Below are positions 10,515 to 18,109 of a stretch of DNA of 54,122 nt, piece by piece (the first letter of the stretch is position 1; each line of letters begins with the position of its first letter). The stretch is from the IMG/VR virus record IMGVR_UViG_3300025674_000055, positions 1-54,122 of that record, one strand, 5' to 3'. Made by a program: the position numbers and the translations under genes. Under the pieces are notes generated by a model. That model searched no databases, was not told the origin of the DNA, and saw only the letters and a program-made list of their open reading frames with translations. This stretch comes from a virus. Taxonomy: Duplodnaviria; Caudoviricetes.

Positions 10515-10713
10515 TCTCCTGCACTCTACTTAGCTGCTCGGCATAAGCTTTGTCAAAGCCCCGTTGCCACTCCCTATGCTGCATTGTATCTGAATGAAAA
10601 GGATTAGTAACTCTACCACGTTGAAAGTCTTTGTAGCCTTTCTCGTATTGCATACGCAATGGTGCGTCATACTTGCCAAGACCACGTTGCTCTCGTGAAA
10701 GTTTCTGTTTCAT
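10456..10713 (-). CDS. Ribosome modulation factor (Rmf)-like small protein
   Basis: YEKGY..FQRG...NPF......EWQRGF matches the Rmf-fold pattern GY-x4-G..(C/N)PY..W-x2-GW. Confidence 0.55.
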   Translation of the reverse strand: MKQKLSREQRGLGKYDAPLRMQYEKGYKDFQRGRVTNPFHSDTMQHREWQRGFDKAYAEQLSRVQENEQARARGTRVSKGEVQNV

Positions 10714-11421
10714 TCAGTGCCCTTTCTTTTCTTCTTGCATAAATGCAGCTATCCATTGTTTACACAGATCAGATCGTACAATGTCTTCCATTCTAAATTC
10801 AATCACTGGAACTGGAAGCATGTACTTCTTGACCATGTGAATGGCTTTACTCAGCCCACTTGTCTCTTGCAAGTCGGACTGAAAGATATCGCCATTGAGA
10901 ATAACCTTACAGTTTTCTCCAACACGTGTCAAGAACATCTTAATCTCATGTGGTGTTACGTTCTGTGCTTCATCAAGAATTACAAACGCATCTGTGAAAG
11001 ATCTTCCTCGCATAGTTTCAAAGGGTGCAATTTCAATGTTACCATTCTTTATGCCAGTTTCAACTGCACCTTTGCCTAAGTGCCAATGCAGTACCTCAAG
11101 AACAGGCATGACCCACGGCATCATCTTCTCTTCAAGTGTACCCGGAAAGTAGCCAATAGATTTACCTGCTGCTACATTCGGACGAGTGATGATGATCTTG
11201 TCAATCTGCTTAGTGATATACAGATTGGCTGCATACGTAGCCGCAATGTATGTCTTACCTGTTCCTGCAGGACCAAGGACAATGATTTGTTTGTAATTCT
11301 CAATCGCATCAATGTATTCCTTCTGTCTCTCATTCTGAGGCAGTAGGTCTGCTGTGTCTTTTCTTTCTGCGTTTTTGTATGTAGTCTTCCTGCGAGTACG
11401 TTTGGCTTCTTGTTGTACCAT
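10714..11421 (-). CDS. phoH: PhoH family ATPase
   Basis: GPAGTGKT, RGRSF, ILDEAQN, GD..QSD motifs. Confidence 0.95.
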   Translation of the reverse strand: MVQQEAKRTRRKTTYKNAERKDTADLLPQNERQKEYIDAIENYKQIIVLGPAGTGKTYIAATYAANLYITKQIDKIIITRPNVAAGKSIGYFPGTLEEKMMPWVMPVLEVLHWHLGKGAVETGIKNGNIEIAPFETMRGRSFTDAFVILDEAQNVTPHEIKMFLTRVGENCKVILNGDIFQSDLQETSGLSKAIHMVKKYMLPVPVIEFRMEDIVRSDLCKQWIAAFMQEEKKGH

Positions 11422-11557
11422 TGTTTATTGATTCCATTATCTCCAGTTGTTTTTTCTCAGTGAGTATAGACCAGTTTCGTATCTCTATGATCGTCCTTTT
11501 ACATGAGGTGCACACACCATCTGAAAGCAGACAGCCACGTACACACGGACTAGGCAT
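11330..11557 (-). CDS. DUF1289-like small Cys-rich protein
   Basis: SPCVRGC.....CTSCKRT..EI.NW pattern. Confidence 0.75.
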   Translation of the reverse strand: MPSPCVRGCLLSDGVCTSCKRTIIEIRNWSILTEKKQLEIMESINNGTTRSQTYSQEDYIQKRRKKRHSRPTASE

Positions 11558-11700
11558 TACCCCTGCCCTCTGTTTGGTTTGTAGCTACGCTTCTTGTGCT
11601 TATTCATAGAGCTAAGCTTGATCTGAGACTTAGTGTTACCTTGTGATGTTTTCTTTTTAAGTGGTTCTGGTTTCCATGTAACGTTTGGAACTTTAGCCAT
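11557..11700 (-). CDS. Small basic protein (47 aa; not in ORF track)
   Basis: Hand translation MAKVPNVTWKPEPLKKKTSQG...SSMNKHKKRSYKPNRGQG; AAGG RBS; TAATG coupling. Confidence 0.7.
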   Translation of the reverse strand: MAKVPNVTWKPEPLKKKTSQGNTKSQIKLSSMNKHKKRSYKPNRGQG

Positions 11701-11721
11701 AGATATAATCCTTATATATAA

Positions 11722-11797
11722 TGGTGCCTCAGATCTGAATCCAACAGACTATCTTCGGGTTACAAATCCGCTGCATCGCCAGCAATGCTTCTGAGGC
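11722..11797 (-). tRNA. tRNA-Thr(TGT), atypical
   Basis: Acceptor GCCTCAG/CTGAGGC + A + CCA; anticodon loop TT-TGT-AA; several non-canonical positions. Confidence 0.75.
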
Positions 11798-11805
11798 ACT
11801 ATCCT

Positions 11806-12168
11806 TTATCCAGCAGAACGAGTGACGAAGTTGACTCTGATCTTCTTAGGCTCAAAGAATTTCTGGATCATGTCCTGTGCAATGCCAATATCCACAGGCT
11901 TACAAGAAAAGATGTCGATGTAGGCATCACCATTCAGGTCAACCATGTGACCAGAGATGTTGCTAGTCTCAATCATCTGACAGAAACTGATACCAGCTTT
12001 GTCAGGTGCATGAGTAGCGAAGTGTTCGATCATGGGTTCACCAAATGCAACCATGTCGATAGCAGGAACAAGTTCCTTAATGAAGTTGTACACATTCTGC
12101 TTGTCACTGATCAAGTCAATGTCACAAGCAGCACAGTCAAACATTGCGTGATAACCCCAGTATGCCAT
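11806..12168 (-). CDS. speD: S-adenosylmethionine decarboxylase proenzyme-like (pyruvoyl-dependent)
   Basis: WGYH..FD, IETSNISGH (self-cleavage Ser), YIDIFSCK motifs; AGGAG RBS. Confidence 0.85.
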   Translation of the reverse strand: MAYWGYHAMFDCAACDIDLISDKQNVYNFIKELVPAIDMVAFGEPMIEHFATHAPDKAGISFCQMIETSNISGHMVDLNGDAYIDIFSCKPVDIGIAQDMIQKFFEPKKIRVNFVTRSAG

Positions 12169-12197
12169 ATAAATCTCCTATGTGATGACATGTAAGT

Positions 12198-12274
12198 TGG
12201 CCTTCCCTGAGAGATTCGAACTCCCGACCTAGTGATTAGAAGTCACTTGCTCTATCCAGCTGAGCTAAGGGAAG
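12198..12274 (-). tRNA. tRNA-Arg(TCT)
   Basis: CTTCCCT/AGGGAAG acceptor, TAGCTCAGCTGGATAGAGC D-arm, CT-TCT-AA loop, GTTCGAATC T-arm, CCA end. Confidence 0.95.
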
Positions 12275-12289
12275 ATTATCTTCTACAGT

Positions 12290-12324
12290 AAAAATGCGGA
12301 GAATACAAGCCATAATCTCCGCAT
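12290..12324 (-). terminator. Possible terminator hairpin upstream of the tRNA cluster
   Basis: ATGCGGAGA/TCTCCGCAT 9-bp stem, followed by a T-run on the minus strand. Confidence 0.5.
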
Positions 12325-12346
12325 GTTATTGTTTTAGGTAACAGGA

Positions 12347-12784
12347 TTACGCTACAACAAGTAGCTCTGCATCCTTATATGGGTAGTGATAGAATGTCTC
12401 GCCACTACGAATGTTTCGACCAAAGGCAGGCTTCACCATGTCTGCCGTAAGCTTGCGACCTTCGATACGCCAGCACTGTTCAATGCTATTGTCGAAGATG
12501 TAGAAGTCTACACAGCCATTGTACTTGTTGATCAAGCGTGACTTACGTTCAGGAATACGAATCTCATCCCAATCTGTAGGCCACTCACCTGTCCAAGCAG
12601 TCTTGACTTCCGCTTCGCTGTGAAACGTGTAGCCTTTGTACTCACTAACTACGTCAGCATAATAGTTTTCAGACACAGAAATAATCTTATGCCCACGATC
12701 TTCAAGTAGTTTTATGAGAGCATCCTTAGCTTTGTTATCATACTTGTCATAAAGATGTTTCTCAAAAGGCTTACGTACAGACAT
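12347..12784 (-). CDS. Hypothetical protein, possible PD-(D/E)XK nuclease fold
   Basis: YAD...EAEVK motif; AAGGAG RBS. Confidence 0.6.
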   Translation of the reverse strand: MSVRKPFEKHLYDKYDNKAKDALIKLLEDRGHKIISVSENYYADVVSEYKGYTFHSEAEVKTAWTGEWPTDWDEIRIPERKSRLINKYNGCVDFYIFDNSIEQCWRIEGRKLTADMVKPAFGRNIRSGETFYHYPYKDAELLVVA

Positions 12785-12856
12785 GGTGTCTCCTTATATT
12801 ATTATGTGTTTTATAAACAGGACACAAGACGCCCTCATGCCCTGTCTATGATACAT

Positions 12857-14929
12857 TTACGTTAAGTCTACAACCTCGCAGACCTCACCAGTACACGCAT
12901 AGGTCTGGCTTGACTTAGTTGTGTCTTCCTTTTCATACTCCGATAGACGAGACCAGTCAATCTTTTCTGGCATCAATGATAGAAGATTTTCATAGTCAGT
13001 CTTGCCAACTTCCTGATAGGGTGCCTGCTGATATGTGTGTTCGTTGTAGGGCAAGAAGCTGACACCCGACATCTCATCAAAGTGCTTATAGACAAATGCA
13101 CCAACATCAAACCACTCGTCAGTCCTCACGTTGATTGTGACAGATGGTTTGTGTTCACACCAGTTGCGCTGATAAGCCAACCACAACTCAAGCTGTTCAA
13201 TGGCTGTCATATCAGCAGTGACTACAGCATTCTTAGGTGCCTTCTGCGGGAAGCTGAATACAGTAGTTGTCTCAGGCTTCATCACACAAGGCTCAGAGGG
13301 TACACCCATATCCTTCATGAACTGTGTCAGTGGATCTTTATTGTCGCCACGTACAGTACGAATGTAGTAATAGGAATGACGAGCGTGGATGCCAGAAGCA
13401 CTATCCACAAGTTGTGAGACGGTTCCAGAGGGCTTAACGCAAGTAATAGCAGCAGAAACAGGGATGCCAAGACGTTCAGCCCACTCACGATTAGTGTCAA
13501 CAGCGATAGCTTTGAGATGTTCAAGTGTTTTCTCCAATCCTGCATTATTTAGGGTTAGTAGCGGGTTGTCCATGATGCCTGTCAAGCTAACACCCAGCAA
13601 CCTCTCTTCGTCTGTGTTGTCCTTCCACTTCTTACGAAGATATGGGAAGTGTGTGTAGGTAGACTGAATCGTACCAAGGATGGTAGCCAGTCTTACTTTT
13701 TGCTCAAGCGTTTCAATGCTGTCTGTCGCACGGACGACAACTTCTGTAAGATTGCAGAACTGATAGGGTCGCAGGATGATTTCACTACAGGGGTTTGTTC
13801 CGAACTCTTGGTCTGCGTCTCGTCTGCTATTCTTTGATGCCTGCTTCTTTGATGCTTGACGGTTAAAGATACCACGCTCACCGCTACCACTCTCGACCAG
13901 TGACATCCACTCACTCATAAAACCAACTGCATCCGGCTTCTCAGCGTAACTGACAGAATTGTTAGCCAGTGCCCTTTGAGGTTCAATGGTCCACCAACCT
14001 ACTTTCTTTTCATACTCAAGTCTTTGTTGATTGTAGTCGTCTTTATCCTTCCCTTTGTATAGGGTTACCTTGTAAGTAGGACGTACAGCAGGATTCTTTT
14101 TCATAGTTAGTGCATATGCCCAACTGGTTTCGTCCTCAGAGACAAGTACATATTCATCAACATCGTATGAAGAGAATTTTGCCTGAGACATAGCAATGCT
14201 GTTAAGATCAGAAAGAGAAATCATGGCTGAGCGGCGTACACCTCCAACAACAACAACCTCACCAATCTTACACATAATGTCGTGGCACTCAATGTCAGTA
14301 AGTTTACGACCTTCTGCTGCCTTGAACTTGGCTACAACAAAGTTGAACAAGTCGATCAGGGGAGCAGGTCCACTAGCACGGCCACCGAAGGTCTTGAGGC
14401 GGGAACCTGCAGGTCGCACCCTAGAAACATCCCATCTTGGAATCTCACCACTGTAGAGTAGTGCGATGACCTGACGAAGCGCCTTAGCCCAACCTTCTTT
14501 GCTGTCCTTCACAACGACAGTGGTATCGCTGTTGAACAACTCAGGAACCTCAGGCAGCTTTGTGACAAACTGACGTTCAACTGAGAAGCCAACACCAGTG
14601 CCACATAGCAGAATAAACATAGCCTCATCGAAGGACTTCGGGTCATCGATAGGCAAGTAACTACAGTTGTATGCACAGGTGTTGTCACGCTGCAGTGCAG
14701 GACCAGCAGTCATCATAGCCCGCATGGATGGCATGATTTCCAGACCAAGGATAGCATCACGAATTTGGTTAATATAAGAGTCGTTTCCCGCTTTAGGATA
14801 TACAACATTATCCATGTATCTCTGTACTGTCTCAGGCCAGCTTTCACGCCGACCTTCATTGTCCAGCCAACGAGCATACCTAGATGTATGAATAAAAGAC
14901 TGGTAATCCGTAGGTAGGTAGTTGTTCAT
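12857..14929 (-). CDS. nrdJ: Class II (adenosylcobalamin-dependent) ribonucleotide reductase
   Basis: YNCSY, VGGVRRSAMI, TNPCSEI, VKPSGT, C-terminal CTGEVC; no R2 subunit gene nearby. Confidence 0.93.
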   Translation of the reverse strand: MNNYLPTDYQSFIHTSRYARWLDNEGRRESWPETVQRYMDNVVYPKAGNDSYINQIRDAILGLEIMPSMRAMMTAGPALQRDNTCAYNCSYLPIDDPKSFDEAMFILLCGTGVGFSVERQFVTKLPEVPELFNSDTTVVVKDSKEGWAKALRQVIALLYSGEIPRWDVSRVRPAGSRLKTFGGRASGPAPLIDLFNFVVAKFKAAEGRKLTDIECHDIMCKIGEVVVVGGVRRSAMISLSDLNSIAMSQAKFSSYDVDEYVLVSEDETSWAYALTMKKNPAVRPTYKVTLYKGKDKDDYNQQRLEYEKKVGWWTIEPQRALANNSVSYAEKPDAVGFMSEWMSLVESGSGERGIFNRQASKKQASKNSRRDADQEFGTNPCSEIILRPYQFCNLTEVVVRATDSIETLEQKVRLATILGTIQSTYTHFPYLRKKWKDNTDEERLLGVSLTGIMDNPLLTLNNAGLEKTLEHLKAIAVDTNREWAERLGIPVSAAITCVKPSGTVSQLVDSASGIHARHSYYYIRTVRGDNKDPLTQFMKDMGVPSEPCVMKPETTTVFSFPQKAPKNAVVTADMTAIEQLELWLAYQRNWCEHKPSVTINVRTDEWFDVGAFVYKHFDEMSGVSFLPYNEHTYQQAPYQEVGKTDYENLLSLMPEKIDWSRLSEYEKEDTTKSSQTYACTGEVCEVVDLT

Positions 14930-14933
14930 TCAA

Positions 14934-15092
14934 TTACTCCGATACGATTTTGATATGCTTAATATCTATGCCATCAATGTCATAGATAAATTCATGTAGT
15001 GCCTCGTGAATTTCATCATCAACGAATCCATCAACAGGCATGTGATATTCTTCTTCGTCTATTTCAAGAGTGAGTAGTACTTTTACTAGCAT
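14934..15092 (-). CDS. Small acidic hypothetical protein (52 aa; not in ORF track)
   Basis: Hand translation MLVKVLLTLEIDEEEYHMPVDG...IVSE; GAGG RBS. Confidence 0.7.
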   Translation of the reverse strand: MLVKVLLTLEIDEEEYHMPVDGFVDDEIHEALHEFIYDIDGIDIKHIKIVSE

Positions 15093-15312
15093 TTAATTCC
15101 TCAATAGCTTCTGTGGCTTTGTTGCTATACCAGTTATGCTTACGCATATCCTCTAGAAACTTGCCTTTATATTCTGCTCTGTGCTGGTACTTCATTGCAT
15201 TACCACGGCAGTACGCAATAAAACCTTCCAATCCTAGAACCTGTTTGATGTAATCGATGCACTCAATGTCACCCATGTTATAATGTTTCGGTTTATCTAC
15301 GGGATCAAACAT
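15064..15312 (-). CDS. DUF3310 protein (T7 gp1.7-like nucleotide kinase domain)
   Basis: DPVDKPKHY...IECIDYI...GNAMKY..R...K....D..K..WY. Confidence 0.85.
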   Translation of the reverse strand: MFDPVDKPKHYNMGDIECIDYIKQVLGLEGFIAYCRGNAMKYQHRAEYKGKFLEDMRKHNWYSNKATEAIEELNASKSTTHS

Positions 15313-15320
15313 GTTGCCTC

Positions 15321-15650
15321 CTAGAATTTTAATTTGATTACGTTGTCAGCGATTTTTTCTGTCTTAGGCTTTGGCGATTCTTCATCTGAATCATTGTGAA
15401 GTTTCTTAGCGTATTTGTTTAGTGCCTTTCTAAACTCTACACTGTCTTCCATCAAGGGCAAGGATGCAGTGACTAGCATAGTAAGATACATCATCTGATC
15501 GAAGTCTTCTTCGTCCAGATTGTTTTCTGGTGTTGTGACAATACCGACTGAAATATCACCAGACCAATATCCATCTTCATCTAGCATTGGGTTAAGCCTA
15601 ATGAGGAAGTCGTTAGGATCAAAGTCGATTAAAATACTTTCTTCGTTCAC
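15321..15650 (-). CDS. Hypothetical protein
   Basis: AGGAG RBS, GTG start, NVIKLKF C-terminus. Confidence 0.75.
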   Translation of the reverse strand: MNEESILIDFDPNDFLIRLNPMLDEDGYWSGDISVGIVTTPENNLDEEDFDQMMYLTMLVTASLPLMEDSVEFRKALNKYAKKLHNDSDEESPKPKTEKIADNVIKLKF

Positions 15651-15651
15651 A

Positions 15652-16104
15652 TTAGCTCCTTTTAATCTTTGAGAATGGAAACTTAATCAGATCAGGGTGT
15701 GTGTCTTTACCCTTTTCTTTTAGCCACTCTTGTGGAATGATCCTATCGTAGTATTGAAAGCCATGCTTCTCACACCACAGACCATATGTAGTCTTAGCAC
15801 CCTTGCTAAGCTTGCGTCTACTGCTTTCGAACACAAACCGAATGTCTAGGTTTGGGTGTTGCTTCTTTACTGCAAGATGTTTCCTGCGATCCTCTGATGT
15901 GAACCTACCCTTTACTTCAATAATAATCCCGTTGGGTAGAATGAAGTCGGGGGTATAGGTGCGGTACATCAGGTCTTCCCATTCGATCTTGACCTTCTCA
16001 TACTTAAAGGGAACGTTGTTCTCTTTCAAGTAATCCTTGATCTTAATCTCTAGCCCGCTCCTATACCCATGTTTCAGGGCAGCTTTAAACTGCCTTCCGT
16101 CCAT
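15652..16104 (-). CDS. Endonuclease I (T7 gp3-like Holliday junction resolvase)
   Basis: YRSGLE, YTPDF, IIEVKGRF, HPNLDIRFVF. Confidence 0.93.
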   Translation of the reverse strand: MDGRQFKAALKHGYRSGLEIKIKDYLKENNVPFKYEKVKIEWEDLMYRTYTPDFILPNGIIIEVKGRFTSEDRRKHLAVKKQHPNLDIRFVFESSRRKLSKGAKTTYGLWCEKHGFQYYDRIIPQEWLKEKGKDTHPDLIKFPFSKIKRS

Positions 16105-16310
16105 CAGAACATCCAGTTCTTTCTAGTCACTGCATAGCCAAGACTACGTAGCTCTTCAAGAATAGCTTTGTCTGCAGATTGCCGTGCTTCAACTGCGGCA
16201 CGTAGACCACTATAACGTCGATCACTTAGTTCTTTCTTACGCTTAGCTACCTCTTTCTCAAGCATGTCAATCTCTTCTTGCATCTCTTTAATTTCATCAT
16301 CTCCTAGCAT
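16104..16310 (-). CDS. Hypothetical coiled-coil protein
   Basis: AAGGAG RBS, coupled to next gene. Confidence 0.75.
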   Translation of the reverse strand: MLGDDEIKEMQEEIDMLEKEVAKRKKELSDRRYSGLRAAVEARQSADKAILEELRSLGYAVTRKNWMF

Positions 16311-16313
16311 GTA

Positions 16314-17162
16314 TCACTCCTTTACTTTAATGTATGCCACTGTCTTAGGATCACGTGCTTGTGATGCCTTAGATGGTAGCTCTTGCAACGTAGGCCAACA
16401 TTCAAATCTGTAGTCACAGAACGCACAGTTCTTGTTGAGCACAATGTTTCCTGTCGGCTTTCCTCTGTATGTCTCTGGCTCTGGTTCGAAGCAACGCTGA
16501 AACTCGTTAGCATTTACAGTATCAACTGTATTCTGTAACTTGTCCAACTCTGCATTCATGTCGATGCCATCAGCAGGTACATACTTGAACTGCCCGTTGG
16601 CTTTATTGATTACCCACCAGCCACCAGCCTTCTTGTCTGAGGCTTTAGCGTAACCAGCTAGCTGTCCAACGTAACCAAACGAATCGCCAGATGCCAGTGT
16701 ATCAAATGACTCAAACTTATTTCGATATGACCAGTCAGAGGCTGACTTAACATCGTCTACTGCATCATTCAGGGTTAGGTCATACGTGCCACTAATCTCT
16801 GTGTCATTCAGCTTCAGCGTTACGTGTTCCGATTCACCAAAGGGAATGCCAGCTTCCACTAGCACCCCCTTGAATACTGCTTCAACGATATCACCCAACA
16901 TCATGTTCATCACAAATGAGTTGGGCTTGGGGAGTGATGTCTCTGGTTTGTTTTTCTCAAACCAAAGTTGGCAAGCTGGTCTGCCTATATTAGACATACG
17001 CAGTCTAAACCCATCACTCCCCCGTCCTCCCCCGAACTGGCGGCGAACAGCATCTGCAACGTCTTTTGCAATACGTTCAATCGTATCCTCAGAGATAGAT
17101 GACTTACCGTTTGCAGCGTCTTCTAGATACTGGTGCAACGTCAGTTCAGCGGGATGATACAT
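16314..17162 (-). CDS. PD-(D/E)XK (Cas4-like) exonuclease
   Basis: LRMSNIG..C, GTYD...DDVKS, Q..GY, CAFC.....CW cluster motif. Confidence 0.85.
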   Translation of the reverse strand: MYHPAELTLHQYLEDAANGKSSISEDTIERIAKDVADAVRRQFGGGRGSDGFRLRMSNIGRPACQLWFEKNKPETSLPKPNSFVMNMMLGDIVEAVFKGVLVEAGIPFGESEHVTLKLNDTEISGTYDLTLNDAVDDVKSASDWSYRNKFESFDTLASGDSFGYVGQLAGYAKASDKKAGGWWVINKANGQFKYVPADGIDMNAELDKLQNTVDTVNANEFQRCFEPEPETYRGKPTGNIVLNKNCAFCDYRFECWPTLQELPSKASQARDPKTVAYIKVKE

Positions 17163-18052
17163 TATGCAAAGTCCTCCATGTCTACGTCAATGAAGTCTTC
17201 AACCATTTCAGTATCAACAACTTCAGACTTGTGTGCATTTTCATCCCAAGCACTAAGGATGTATTCGTTATAATTATTCACCCAAGCCTTAAAGTTTTCG
17301 AGTGTTTCACGTGTTTCATTATCTATACCGAAAGTCTCTGACAAATCTAACTGCGTGACAGGTAGATAAAACGAGTTACCATTTGGTAGCTTGCGTTCTT
17401 CTGTAGTTCCAATAAGTTTATGTTGAACAAGAAGTCGGCGCATCTTTTCATACTTATTTAAAACCTCACTTACAGTCTTAAATGCGTCACGGTTTTCAAT
17501 TTCCCAGATGAATGGTGTTGCTGGTACATCTACAGAATTACCACTTTCATCTACCGCATTTGTAAGTTCAACTGTACCGAACATAACAAGTACACGTTTA
17601 ATCTGTCGGATCAGCTCTTGTGTTTTTTCTGGCAGTGCCTTGAAGTCTTGAATATACCCTGCAGGTTTGCCGCAGTTAAAGCCACCATCGTTATCTTTCA
17701 AATCAATGGTAAGGCTATCTGCCATCACAGTTTTGATGTAGCGGTTAGGTGTCTTGTCACTTCCCATTACAAAACGCTTGTACATAAAACGTTTAGCATA
17801 TGGTTTAATAACCGCAGATTCTGCGTAATAAGTTGGACCATCTGGAATATCCAATTTGTAAGTGCCTGCACCTACAATTTCCATCTTAACTTTCTTGCCG
17901 TTAACTTCTGACTCACCCATAATAGGATTATGGTTAAGTCTAAGACGTGCTAGGCTACTAGTTTTCTCACGAGTACCTGTGCTGAGCGACATGCCCATAA
18001 CCTTTGCCATTTCTGCATAGGTCTTTGCATCAACTGTTGTTAGTTCATTCAT
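17162..18052 (-). CDS. Putative single-stranded DNA-binding protein
   Basis: Between Pol and exonuclease; acidic C-terminus ending EDFA; AAGGAG RBS before ATG at 18052. Confidence 0.6.
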   Translation of the reverse strand: MNELTTVDAKTYAEMAKVMGMSLSTGTREKTSSLARLRLNHNPIMGESEVNGKKVKMEIVGAGTYKLDIPDGPTYYAESAVIKPYAKRFMYKRFVMGSDKTPNRYIKTVMADSLTIDLKDNDGGFNCGKPAGYIQDFKALPEKTQELIRQIKRVLVMFGTVELTNAVDESGNSVDVPATPFIWEIENRDAFKTVSEVLNKYEKMRRLLVQHKLIGTTEERKLPNGNSFYLPVTQLDLSETFGIDNETRETLENFKAWVNNYNEYILSAWDENAHKSEVVDTEMVEDFIDVDMEDFA

Positions 18053-18078
18053 GTAAGTATCTCCTTTCAAGTGGATGG

Positions 18079-18109
18079 TAGTTATATCACGCTACATCTT
18101 TTGTGTCAA
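18079..18109 (-). promoter_or_regulatory. Sigma70-type promoter for the SSB/nuclease genes
   Basis: TTGACA-N17-TATAACTA. Confidence 0.75.

Noticed and set aside
14000-14176. Intein or intron in RNR
   Set aside because: Too short, in frame, and lacking splice-junction residues or intron core elements
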